A DNA stretch of 64,000 bases from Alphaproteobacteria bacterium (lineage in GTDB: Bacteria > Pseudomonadota > Alphaproteobacteria > SP197), in contig OZ219747.1 of assembly GCA_964291265.2 (NCBI GenBank), positions 1,632,001-1,696,000 on the forward strand, written 5' to 3'. The position numbers and the translations under genes are program-made. Positions 51,008-61,067 of this stretch are shown piece by piece (positions within the stretch are counted from its first letter, which is position 1; each line of letters begins with the position of its first letter). The notes beneath the pieces were generated by a model. It searched no databases, was not told the origin of the DNA, and saw only the letters and a list, made by a program, of their open reading frames with translations.

Positions 51008-51631
51008 GAATTACGGCGGCCAGATCATTTCCTGCACCGCAGACTTCTACTCCGACATCATCGCCAACACCTCCGAAGAGTTCATGGAGGGGGTCATCTT
51101 CCAGTTCCCCGACTTCGACGATCCGGCGCTGAACGCCGAGGGCATCAACTTCAACGATCCCAACGGTTTCTTCGAGGTCTACAACGAGCGCCATCCCGGG
51201 CAGTGGGGCGCGGTCTCCTGGGAGTATGCGTCAATCCTCGATCTGTGGCTTGATGGCGCCCAGAAGGCGGGTTCCATCGAACCGGCAGCGGTGCTCGAGG
51301 GCATGAAACAGGGCGGTACGGGCGCCCATGCCTTCGGCGAAGCCAACTGGTGGGGCAAGGAACTGTTCGGCATCGACAACGCGCTCGTGGGCAACTGGCC
51401 CGTGGTGCAGATCCAGAACGGAAAGGCCGTGATCGTCGAGTTCAGGAATATCCCCGAGTGGTGGGGCCAACACAGCGAGACCATGATCAAGCACTTCGAA
51501 GCGATGGGCGAAATGTGGTACCAGCGCGCCTGATCACCTTCTTCGCCGGCCTGCGCGGCACGGCGGCACGCCATACCGGACCCGGTTTCGCGCCGGGCCC
51601 GGTATCGTCTTTCCGGACATCCCGTTAGCCC

Positions 51632-52510
51632 ATGGACATCGGTGTCTTCCTGCAGACCTGCCTGAACGCGACCTATGCGTCGAGTTATCTGGCGCTCGTT
51701 GCGGTCGGCCTCGTTCTCATCTTCGGCGTCATGCGGGTCGTGAACTTTGCTCACGGCGAACTCTACATGGCCGGCGCCTATTGCCTGTTCGGGGTGTTCT
51801 ACCAGAACGAGCTGCCGTTCTTCGCGGGCGTCGCGGTCGCGGTTCTCGCCGTGGCCGCGGTCGGGCTCCTCCTGGAGAGAACGATGTTCCGGCCCATGAA
51901 GGAGAACCCGCTTGGAGGTCTCATTTGCTCGATCGGCGCCCTCCTGATCCTGCAGGCCGGAGCCGTTGCGCTCTTCGGCGTCCGCAAGAAGTCCTTTGCC
52001 GGTCCCTACAATGAATCCGTGACACTGTTCGGGGTCGACGCCCTGACCATTTCCGGCCAACGTCTTGTCGTCATAGCCTTCGCCGTCATTCTCCTTGGAG
52101 CGCTGTGGGCCTTCCTGCGGAAGAGCCGGTTCGGCTGGGCGTTGCGTGCGGTCGCGCAGGATTCCGAAGCTGCCGCACTGCAGGGCATTTCGATCAGCCG
52201 CATCTCGATGCTCGCCATGATTCTGGGCGCCGCGCTGGCGGGGGTTGCAGGAGCACTGACGGCCACCATCGTGCCGACAGGCCCCTACATGGGACATCCG
52301 GTCATCATTGGCGCCTTCATCGTCATCATCGTCGGAGGCCTCGGCAGTCTCGAGGGGGCGATCCTCGCATCCGTGCTCTACGCCTTTACCCATACCTTCG
52401 TCACCACGCTGCTTGATGGCACGATTGCCGACATCACGGGCCTCGTGGCGATGCTCATCGTGCTCGTCGTGCGTCCCCACGGCCTCCTCGGCAAGCCGGA
52501 GCGAGCCTGA
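51632..52510 (+). CDS. livH: Branched-chain amino acid ABC permease
   Basis: GLVLIFGVMRVVNFAHGE, RAVAQD.EAA.LQGI, GGLGS..GA. Confidence 0.9.
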   Translation: MDIGVFLQTCLNATYASSYLALVAVGLVLIFGVMRVVNFAHGELYMAGAYCLFGVFYQNELPFFAGVAVAVLAVAAVGLLLERTMFRPMKENPLGGLICSIGALLILQAGAVALFGVRKKSFAGPYNESVTLFGVDALTISGQRLVVIAFAVILLGALWAFLRKSRFGWALRAVAQDSEAAALQGISISRISMLAMILGAALAGVAGALTATIVPTGPYMGHPVIIGAFIVIIVGGLGSLEGAILASVLYAFTHTFVTTLLDGTIADITGLVAMLIVLVVRPHGLLGKPERA

Positions 52511-53574
52511 TGGGCGCCGTCACCTACGCGGTCTGGCTGGCGCTCATTGCTCTGGCGCTGACGGCGGCAGCCCTTGCCCTTGATCCGCATCTCGGAGGCT
52601 CGCACCGCCGCCGGTGGTGGCAGGGACTCGCTCTTGCGTCGTCCGCCGTGCTGGCGCTCTCGCCCCATGTCGTGACCTTCTCGCAACAGGAACTCCTCGT
52701 TTTCCTCGCCATCAATACCCTGATCGTCGTGAGCTACCGGCTGCTTGCGCTGACCGGCGAATTCTCGCTCGGTCATGTTGTCATGATGGGGTTCGGAGCT
52801 TACGCGTCGGCCCTGCTCAGCAAGCAATTCGCTGTTCCCGTTCCGCTTTCGATCATTCTCGCCGCCGGTCTCACGGGCCTCGTTGCCCTTGTCCTGGCCT
52901 TTCCACTGTTCCGCATGAAGGGTTTCTACTTCCTCATCGGTTCCTTTGCTGCAGGCGAGACCATCAGGTTGCTCTGGAAGGCCTTCATCGGTCCCAAGGA
53001 CATCTCCCGCATTCCCGGTGTTCCCGACATCGAGATCGGCGCCTTCGAGATCCACTTCTGGGAACCGGTCGCCTCGTACTACCTGGTGCTCGTGATCGCA
53101 GCCGTTTCCATCTGGATCCTCTGGCGTATCGAGCATTCGCACATTGGTCTCACCTTTCATGCCGTCCACTGGCGTGACCTGCTTGCCGGGGCAGTTGGCG
53201 TCAACACCTGGCGAACGAGGACCCAGGCCCTGGTGCTGGCGTCGTTCTTCGCCGGTCTGGCCGGCGCGCTTCTGGCGCACTATCTCACCACCGTCAATCC
53301 CAACCGCTTTGCAGTCCACGAGATGGTGTTCGTGCTGATCTGGGTGATTGTCGGAGGCACCGCCACGATCTGGGGGCCCATCATCGGGCTCGTCACGCTG
53401 ACCGCCATCAACGAGGTGCTGCTGCGCGACATCGGATACGACGAACTGCGCCCCCTCTTCTACGGCGTGCTCCTGGTCTTCGCGATGCTGTTTCTGCCGA
53501 ACGGACTCGAGACCCTGCCGGCACGCATCGTCCGGCACGTCAGGCGCGCAAGGCTCCTCGCATCGCCGCATTGA
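52510..53574 (+). CDS. livM: Branched-chain amino acid ABC permease
   Basis: TGEFSLGH, RMKGFYF, AGLAGAL, IVGG..TIWGP. Confidence 0.88.
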   Translation: MGAVTYAVWLALIALALTAAALALDPHLGGSHRRRWWQGLALASSAVLALSPHVVTFSQQELLVFLAINTLIVVSYRLLALTGEFSLGHVVMMGFGAYASALLSKQFAVPVPLSIILAAGLTGLVALVLAFPLFRMKGFYFLIGSFAAGETIRLLWKAFIGPKDISRIPGVPDIEIGAFEIHFWEPVASYYLVLVIAAVSIWILWRIEHSHIGLTFHAVHWRDLLAGAVGVNTWRTRTQALVLASFFAGLAGALLAHYLTTVNPNRFAVHEMVFVLIWVIVGGTATIWGPIIGLVTLTAINEVLLRDIGYDELRPLFYGVLLVFAMLFLPNGLETLPARIVRHVRRARLLASPH

Positions 53575-54259
53575 GGTGGCGCCCCTGATCGGCGTCGAGC
53601 GTCAGCGGCACGAGGAGTGCTGCGGCGTAAAGGCGTGCTTCATCATCCCTCACCATCGGCGGATGTTCGGCGAAGCGATCGATCTCGCGGCCCCGGACGG
53701 GTTCTCCGAGCCAGTGCGCCATGGCGGCGGCCGCCGACTCGCGATGGCCGAAGGCGTCGCGCCGACACGCCATGGCTGCTTCCATGGCGTGCCGATCGCC
53801 GCAACAGGCGGCGCGTTCGGCCTCGATGAGGGCCATGCCCGCGTGGAGCATCCTGCGGCATCGCTGGCGTGCGATGTCGGGATAGACGCCGCGATGCTTC
53901 GATTCGAGCCGCATGTGAAAGAGCGAACTGCGGGCACGGACGCCAAGCGACATTCTCTCGACCCAGGGACCGGCGGACCGCCATGCCTCGAGCGCGGCGG
54001 TGAGTCCGGCTTCGGCACCTTCCGGCCCCGGAGCCATCAGAGCAAGCGCATGAGACGTTGCTGCCCGCCTCGGATCGTCCGGCTCGAAGCCCGCGGCCAT
54101 CGCGCCGGCCTCACTGCAACACGCTGCCGCATGGGCGGGATCGTCGTCGAGCCAGGCTGCGCGGGCTCCCGCCATCCACGCCACCCACAGGTCGTCCCCC
54201 AGGCGCCAGCCGGAGTCGCTGTCCCTATCCTCCGAGGTAGGCACGGCGGACGTGTTCAT
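53540..54259 (-). CDS. Hypothetical helical protein downstream of livF
   Basis: Open Ala-rich frame with DDPRRAA and RARSSLFHMRLE; fills the gap between livF and the convergent livM; start uncertain. Confidence 0.6.
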   Translation of the reverse strand: MNTSAVPTSEDRDSDSGWRLGDDLWVAWMAGARAAWLDDDPAHAAACCSEAGAMAAGFEPDDPRRAATSHALALMAPGPEGAEAGLTAALEAWRSAGPWVERMSLGVRARSSLFHMRLESKHRGVYPDIARQRCRRMLHAGMALIEAERAACCGDRHAMEAAMACRRDAFGHRESAAAAMAHWLGEPVRGREIDRFAEHPPMVRDDEARLYAAALLVPLTLDADQGRHLNAAMRGALRA

Positions 54260-54935
54260 TCTCGCGCAGCACATCGGCCGGTCCGTGCAATGTGATGCGG
54301 CCGGTCTCGAGCACATAGCCGTAACTGGCGAGGTGAAGTGCCAGGCTGGCGTTCTGCTCGACGAGAATGACGGGGCAGCCCTTGAGGTGAATATCGCCGA
54401 TGATCGCGGCAATCTCCTGCACCATCAGGGGCGACAGTCCGATCGAGGGCTCATCCATCAGCAACAGTCGCGGCGCCGCCATCAGGGCGCGTCCCATTGC
54501 CAGCATCTGCTGTTCGCCGCCCGACAACGTCTTGGCGTACTGGCTGCGCCTCTCGCGCAGTCGGGGAAAGTGGTCATACACCATGTCGAGATCGGCACGG
54601 ACCGATGGACCGTTGCGGCGAAGATAGGCTCCTGTCATCAGGTTTTCCAGAACCGTCAGTTCCGGGAACACACGGCGGCCCTCGGGGACATGGGCAATGC
54701 CTCGGGCGACAATCCGGTCAGGCTCGAGTCCGTCAACTCTCTCGCCTTCGAACAGGATCGTGCCCCTGGTGGGACGATTGAGCCCGGAGAGCGTACGCAG
54801 GGTCGTCGACTTTCCCGCTCCGTTGGCGCCGATCAGGGTGATGATGTCAGCCGCCTCCAGACTGAGGTCGATTCCCTTGACGGCGCGGACCTTGCCGTAG
54901 TGAACCTCGAGGTCCGTCACCTTCAGGAGAGTCAC
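54225..54935 (-). CDS. livF: Branched-chain amino acid ABC ATPase
   Basis: GANGAGKST, VPEGRRVF, LSGGEQQM, LVEQNA, AYLGG. Confidence 0.93.
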   Translation of the reverse strand: MTLLKVTDLEVHYGKVRAVKGIDLSLEAADIITLIGANGAGKSTTLRTLSGLNRPTRGTILFEGERVDGLEPDRIVARGIAHVPEGRRVFPELTVLENLMTGAYLRRNGPSVRADLDMVYDHFPRLRERRSQYAKTLSGGEQQMLAMGRALMAAPRLLLMDEPSIGLSPLMVQEIAAIIGDIHLKGCPVILVEQNASLALHLASYGYVLETGRITLHGPADVLRENEHVRRAYLGG

Positions 54936-55711
54936 GCTACGTCCTCGATCGGGGTCCCGAGATAGGCATCGATCACCCGGGGATTGGCGCGGATCGCCTC
55001 GGGGTCGCCCTCGGCAAGGAGGCTGCCGAAGTCGAGCACGGTAATGGTCTCGCACAGACCCATGACCGCCTGCATGTCGTGCTCGACGAGCAGAATGGTG
55101 ACTCCCCGATCCCGCACCTGGCGCACGAGATCCATCATGCGGCGCGTCTCGTCCGGATTCATGCCCGTGAACGGCTCGTCGAGCAGGAGAAGCCGCGGCT
55201 CCGCGGCGAGGGCAACGGCGACCCCCAGGGTGCGCTGGAGGCCATGGGGGAGGTTGGCGCACGACTCGCCGGCAACTCCGTCCATCCCCATGAATGCGAG
55301 GATCTCCTCCACCCGGGCCAGGGCCTGTTCCTCACGCTCCCGTTGCCGGCCGAGGAGGACGCTCAAGAGCCCGGTCCTGGCGCCGAGGTGGCAACCGGCG
55401 AGAACATTCTCGGCGACGGTGAGTTCGTGGAACAGTGTCGTCGCCTGGAACGTGCGCACGAGACCGAGTGCGGCGATGGCGTGGGGCGCCATGCCCGAGA
55501 TGTCACGTCCGACATAGATCACGCGTCCCCTCGTCGGCCTGTAGAAGCCCGAGATCACGTCGAAGGTCGTGGTCTTGCCGGCACCGTTGGGTCCGATGAG
55601 GCCGTGGATCGCACCCTCCTCCACGGTGAAGGAGAGGTTGTCGACTGCCGTCAGACCACCGAAGCGTCTTGTCAGGCCCTCGATGTTCAGCATGTCCGCC
55701 CGCTGCCCCAT
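54932..55711 (-). CDS. livG: Branched-chain amino acid ABC ATPase
   Basis: FGGLTAV, GPNGAGKTT, RTFQ, LLDEP, VEHDM, AYLG. Confidence 0.93.
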   Translation of the reverse strand: MGQRADMLNIEGLTRRFGGLTAVDNLSFTVEEGAIHGLIGPNGAGKTTTFDVISGFYRPTRGRVIYVGRDISGMAPHAIAALGLVRTFQATTLFHELTVAENVLAGCHLGARTGLLSVLLGRQREREEQALARVEEILAFMGMDGVAGESCANLPHGLQRTLGVAVALAAEPRLLLLDEPFTGMNPDETRRMMDLVRQVRDRGVTILLVEHDMQAVMGLCETITVLDFGSLLAEGDPEAIRANPRVIDAYLGTPIEDVA

Positions 55712-55958
55712 GGATTTCCATGGCCGTGCACGATATGCAGTCCCTGTCGTTCGTTCAGCGCTCCAGGCATGTCAGCCAGCGGATCCATCTCTGTTCGAGC
55801 AGGACTATTCCGCACGCCAGCCGCGTCATCAAGGGGCCTTCCCCTGAGATGCTGCGCCTGCTCCCCGCCGCACGCAGGACCCTTCACCGTTGCCGCGGCC
55901 GGACCCTCGCCGGACTTCCGCAACCCGGTGCGCGACTTGACGGTTTCCCGCCCGGGAC

Positions 55959-58309
55959 CTTTCAAAGCGCCAGACTTGTATAGGTGATTCGTTTCGTGCA
56001 TGCTGCGGGCATGCAGGTTGGTCTCCGCCATTTCGATTCGCAGACGCTTGACTGGTTTGCCGGCGCGTTGCGCTCCGCCGACGCCACCCGTCACGGTCTG
56101 GCACGCGAGCTTTGCGAGCGCACCGGCTGGCGCAACGCGCTCGGCCGTCCGTGCCTGTCGGCGGCGGCGAAGGTGCTGCCGGCGCTCGCCGAGCGCGTGG
56201 GGTTGGAGCTTCCGCTGCCGCGGAGCGTGCCCGATCCGACCGTCGTGCCCGCCGTCCCGGCCGGTGACGTCCCCGACACCAAGCTGGTCTGCCTGCTGGA
56301 GGATCTCGGCCCGGTCTCGCTCGAACCGGTGGGCGACGCCGACGATCGCCGGCTGTGGGAGGCGATGATGGCGACGCACCACCCGCTGGGATGGACGCGC
56401 TCGCCCGGCGGCCAGGTGCGCACCTGGATCCGCTCGCAACGCCACGGCACCCTCGGCGGGATCGGCTTCGGGTCCGCGACCTGGCAGCTGCGGGCGCGGG
56501 ATGAGTGGATCGCATGGTCCGCCGACGCCCGTGCCGCCAACATCGAGCGTGTGATCTGCGGTCATCGGTTTCTCCTGCTTCCCGGCGTTCGGGTCTACGG
56601 ACTGGCGTCTGAGGGTCCTGCGCATGGCGGCGGAGCGCATCGCCGACGATTGGGAGGCTCGCTATGCGGTGCGCTAAGGTGGCGGCCTACACTCATGTCG
56701 GTGCGGAGCACAGCGGCTATTGCTACCACTGCGCCGGCTGGACCGTGGCCGGGCGGACCAGCGGACGCCGCGGCAAGGTTGGCACGGTGCGGGTCCTGGC
56801 CCTGGAGAGCGGCTGGCGGACGGTGCTCCACGGGACACAGCGCCGTCCACTCGGCGCCCTCGCGGGCGTCTATGACGGCACTGACGCGGACTGGGCGGAG
56901 CGGGAGTACGGGCGCACGCGCCATACCGACGGTCGGGTGCGACGACGCATCGTTGACATGGGCCGGGCCTGGATGAAGAACATGGGGGAGGACCTGCCGA
57001 TCATCTTTCCCGAGAAGGCGGAGCAGAAGGCCGCTTATCGGTTGCTGTCGAACCCGAGGGTATCCATGGAGCACGTTCTGGAAGCGCATGTTGAGGCGAC
57101 CGTGGAGCGTTGTCGGACAGAGCCTCTTGTCCTGGCGATACAGGACACGACGGCGATCAACTACAGCGGCTTGGAGGCCACGAAGGGTCTGGACAAGATC
57201 GGCGGCGGTGGCAAGGGGAGCGTCGGCATCCTCGCCCACGCCGGTCTGGCGGTGACGTCGGAGGGCCGGCCGCTGGGCCTGTTCACGATGGATGCGGCCT
57301 TTCGGCAGGAGCCCGGGGAGGACAGTCAGCGCTGGGTCACCGGGCTTGAGCGGGCCCGGGAGCTCGCGGCGGCCTGCCCGGACACGCGTGTCGTCTCGGT
57401 CTGCGACCGCGAGGGCGACTTCTGGGAACTGCTCGCCCATGCCGCGGACGCCGGGGCCGCGCTGCTGGTGCGTGCGAGCCGTTCGGCGAAACAGCGCGTG
57501 GGTGAGCCCGACGGCAAAAAGAAGTGCCTGTGGAAGCATGTCGCGGCCCGGCCGCTGGTGGCGGTGACGGAGCTGACGATCCCGGCCGCTGGCGGCCCGC
57601 GCGCCCGCAAGGAGCGCGTCGCCCGTCTCGAGATCCGCACGGCACAGGTCGAGGTGGCGCCGCCGCAAAAGGAGCGCGACGCGGAGCCTGTGTCCATGTT
57701 CGCGGTCTCGGCCAGCGAGGCCGGAACCGGTGACGGCGACGAGGCCCTGCACTGGCTGCTGCTGACCACCGAGCGCCCGGCACCAGGGGAGGCCGAGGCC
57801 GTGCACGCGGCGACCGTCCTGGGCTGGTACCGGACGCGATGGAGCATCGAGACCTGGTTCCGCACGCTGAAGACCGGGACCCGGATCAAGGACCGCCGGC
57901 TCGACAGGGCCGACGACCTGAAGACGTGCCTTGCCTTCGACGCCGTCACCGCCGTCCATGTTGCCGACCTGACCGTGCTTGTCCGCGAGCGTCCCTTGAC
58001 CCCGGCGAGCGAGGTGTTTGCCGAGGAGGACATCGACCTGCTCGGCACGCTGCTGGAATCCCAGGGTCACCGGGAGGTCCGGGCGATGGGCGATGTCCGT
58101 GCCGTCGTCATCGGCCTTGGGCGCCTCGTCGGGTGGCATCCCACACGCCGCGCCAGACGCTCCCGGGAGCGAAGAAGCTCTGGCAGGGTCTCGAAAGGCT
58201 GAACTGGGCGATCCAGGTGCGTGACGCACTTAGCGAGAGAAGGCGGCGCGAAGCACTCGGTGAGAGAAGGCGGGAGTAACATCCGTATATAAGTGTGGGT
58301 GGTTGAAAG
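55959..58309 (+). mobile_element. IS4-family (IS50/Tn5-like) element, 2351 bp, with DUF4338 domain
   Basis: 9-bp direct repeat GCCCGGGAC at 55950-55958 and 58310-58318; imperfect terminal IRs CTTTCAAagcgCCAgACTTgTATA and CTTTCAAccacCCAcACTTaTATA. Confidence 0.9.
55984..58279 (+). pseudogene. DUF4338 (DruA-like)-IS4 transposase fusion, frameshifted
   Basis: N-terminal part HHPLG..GGIGFGSATWQL..RDEWIAW..RFLLLP; C-terminal part WAEREY..KAAYRLLSN..AIQDTT..CDREGD..YRTRWSIETWFRTLKTG (DDE, YREK)..PGAKKLWQG. Frame breaks near 56613, 56676 and 58147. Confidence 0.85.
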
Positions 58310-58805
58310 GCCCGGGACGCGGCGGACTTCCGCGCCGACAACATCACCGGCCCCGCGTGTCATGCCGGCCATCGGGCGCCGTGCCCATGCTCGGGCGCTG
58401 CACCGGGCGGGATCGGTGCCGCGCCGGAACCACCGAGGACGCGGCGGGTTGCGACGACGAAGCTCCGAAAGGACATCTGGTTCCGGTCCTTCCGGCGAAA
58501 CTGGCCGTGCAGACCCAACCGCCGAAACCACTCCGACCGGACAGTCTTCACGGCTTCCTGACATGCCTGCCGATCCCCCTGTCTCGCCGTGCTGACCGGG
58601 AGTGCAGGCGGCCTATTCTGCTCGATCGTCCGTGAATCGAGACCGGCACGTGAGCCAAATCCCGGGTTGATCCACCGCGCGTTCCTGAATCACGAGGAGC
58701 ACTTCGTGATTGCGGGACGTTTCGTCGAAGGCCCGATCACCGCAAGATGAACCTCCTGGAGTTTGATCAGAAAGTTCCGGGAGTGTGGTTCCGCGGGATG
58801 TGGAG

Positions 58806-61067
58806 CTATAACCATCCCCGCTCGCGGAAAGGGCCCAGTTCCACGCCGGGCGGCGCGTACCAGCCCTTCGCCCCGTATCGGGCGCCCAAGCTGAACGCCA
58901 CGTCCTTGTTTCCGTACGGGATGCGAAGCGGCGTCGACGATCCCGCACGCCCATCGGCCGACGGTTCAGCCGTGACAGGAGCGGACCTCGCCGCCCCGGC
59001 TTTCCCCGCCCTGCGCGACTTCCCGCTCCGTGAGGCGGTGCCGGTCGGCCCGCCATCCGAGGCCGGCCCCTCCCGTTCCGGGTTCCGCCTCGGGGCATGT
59101 TCATCGAGGAACGCCCGGCAGATCGCCGCCGACTTCGTGTATCCGGCCGGCGGCCTGATCCCCTTGCTCTTCGTGATCGACGCCGCGAACTTCCGCATCT
59201 TCGCCGTCGGAGGCCTGTCGCCGCCTTCGGCTTCGCCCGGGACCATGTCCTCCGCATCCGCACCGCGTTCCCCGAGCCGGCCGATGATGCGCCGGGCCGA
59301 ATCGCAGACCGCGTCGATCGCCCCCGTCATCTCCTGCCGGCCGGTCAGGACATCGTCGAGCAGACACTCGAGTTCCGCCGTCACGCCCGGATCCACCAGC
59401 GCGGGATCGGCGCGCTTCAAGACACCGAACAGTGCGAGGCCCCGCTCGGTGGGCACGATGTTCTTCCCCTGCGCCGTCAGGAATCCCTGTTTCTTCAGGC
59501 CCGAGATGATCTCCGCCCGCGTCGCCGGGGTGCCGATCCCCTTCGCCTCCCGCAGACGCTCGCGGAGCGCTTCGTTCTCCACGAAGCGCCATGCGTTCTG
59601 CATGGCCTCGATCAGCGTGCCTTCCTGGTAACGCGGCGGAGGGCGCGTCTGTCTGTCCTCGACCTCGGGATCGCTGAGGCGTGCGGCCTCCCCGTCCCGC
59701 AGGGACGGCAGCGCCTGCGCCGCCTCGCCCTTGTCCTCGTCGGGCCGCCAGTCCGGAAAGGCTCCGCGCCAGCCGGCCTCGATGGACTGGCGCCCGGCGG
59801 CCCGGAACTCGAAGCCCCGCACGTCCATCGTCACCGTGGTCTGCCGGTAGCGGTAGTCCGGCATGACAGAGGCCAGGTAGGATCGGGCCACGGCATCGAA
59901 CAGCTTCTTCTCGTCCGCCGTGAGACGAGGCCAGACCTCGCGCAGGTCGTCGACCCTGTTCACGTTGGGGACGATCGCGTGATGGCTCGCGCCTTCCAGG
60001 CCCTTGTCGTGGAATGCGCCGTTCCTGCCCTTGCGGATCGCCGGTGGCGACGGCACCGGGATATCCGCGTAAGCCCGTCCTGCCCGCAGGCCCGCAACGA
60101 TCTTCGACACGTTCGCGGCGGCGGTCTCCGGCAGGTAGCGTACCTCGGCGCGGGGGTAGGTCAGGATCTTCTTGTCCTCCCCGTCGTAGAGTTCCTGCGC
60201 CACTTCCAGAGTTTTCGACGCCGTCCAGCCGAAGCGCGAGCTGCACAGCTTCTGCAGCGAGGGCAGGTCGTGCAGCCGCGGCGGGCGCTGGCGCTGGTCC
60301 TCGACCCGCACGCCGAGCGGTCCCTCGAAGTGCCGCGCCGTCGCGGCGACAGCCTCTGCCCTCAGGCGCTCGACGATGCGCTCCTTCGGCGCGTGACGCA
60401 TCCTGAACGCGGCGCCGGCGGCATGCGCCGTCGCCACGACCTCGAAATACGCGACCGGCACGAAGTCCCGGATCTCCAGTTCCCGCCGACAGGCGATTGC
60501 CAGCGTCGGCGTCTTGACCCGGCCGATCCCGATCACGCTCCGCGTGCCCCGGCCCAGCGTCACCGTCGCGGTGCGGGTGAGCGACAGGTTGTAGATCTGA
60601 TCCGCCTGCCGACGCGCCACCGCCGCCTCATAGAGCCGGGTGTGCTCGCCGTTGGGCCGGGCGCGCCGGAACGCGGTGCGGATGGTCTCCGCGTCCTGCG
60701 CCGTGAACAGCACCCGCAGCACCTCTCCCCGGTAGCGGCAGTGCTCCAGGATCTCCTGGCCGATCAGCTGTCCCTCGCGGTCGCAGTCGGTCGCGAGCCA
60801 GACTCGGTCGGTCGTCTTCAGCGCCTCCCGGATCGCCTTCAGCTTGGCCGCCTTGTTGCCGCCGGTGGCGGGCTTGGTGCCGTAGAGCCCGTCCGGCTTC
60901 AGCAAGGCCGTCGACCAGCGTTTCCAGGCAGGGTTCACGTCCTCCGGTTCGCACAGGTCGAGCAAGTGCCCCTCCGCCGCGAGAACCGCGCCGTAGCGCG
61001 AGCCCACGGCGCTGCGCACGTCCTTCGCCTGGCTCGCCTTCTCGGTGATGACGATCTGGCGCGTCAT
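58806..61067 (-). CDS. Type IA DNA topoisomerase (TopB/Topo III-like, plasmid/ICE type) with short C-terminal DUF5710-like tail
   Basis: TOPRIM ITEK..ATDCDREG; GRVKTPTL; catalytic LTYPR; GIGTPATRA; C-terminal IPYGNKD..LGARY..WYAP. Confidence 0.92.
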   Translation of the reverse strand: MTRQIVITEKASQAKDVRSAVGSRYGAVLAAEGHLLDLCEPEDVNPAWKRWSTALLKPDGLYGTKPATGGNKAAKLKAIREALKTTDRVWLATDCDREGQLIGQEILEHCRYRGEVLRVLFTAQDAETIRTAFRRARPNGEHTRLYEAAVARRQADQIYNLSLTRTATVTLGRGTRSVIGIGRVKTPTLAIACRRELEIRDFVPVAYFEVVATAHAAGAAFRMRHAPKERIVERLRAEAVAATARHFEGPLGVRVEDQRQRPPRLHDLPSLQKLCSSRFGWTASKTLEVAQELYDGEDKKILTYPRAEVRYLPETAAANVSKIVAGLRAGRAYADIPVPSPPAIRKGRNGAFHDKGLEGASHHAIVPNVNRVDDLREVWPRLTADEKKLFDAVARSYLASVMPDYRYRQTTVTMDVRGFEFRAAGRQSIEAGWRGAFPDWRPDEDKGEAAQALPSLRDGEAARLSDPEVEDRQTRPPPRYQEGTLIEAMQNAWRFVENEALRERLREAKGIGTPATRAEIISGLKKQGFLTAQGKNIVPTERGLALFGVLKRADPALVDPGVTAELECLLDDVLTGRQEMTGAIDAVCDSARRIIGRLGERGADAEDMVPGEAEGGDRPPTAKMRKFAASITKSKGIRPPAGYTKSAAICRAFLDEHAPRRNPEREGPASDGGPTGTASRSGKSRRAGKAGAARSAPVTAEPSADGRAGSSTPLRIPYGNKDVAFSLGARYGAKGWYAPPGVELGPFRERGWL

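Larger units (their letters stand above)
48046..51533 (+). pseudogene. Liv-type (branched-chain amino acid family) ABC substrate-binding protein, disrupted by two insertions and a frameshift
   Basis: AAGGAGG RBS and TAT leader MALGSIDRRRFIGTSALA; resumes after the mini-element as GAAAAT..; +1 shift at GGTTTC (about 48547) into RIGFLAPLTG..; interrupted at VQN|YGGQI by an IS; C-terminus ends at 51533. Frames reconcile exactly once the insertions are removed. Confidence 0.9.
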
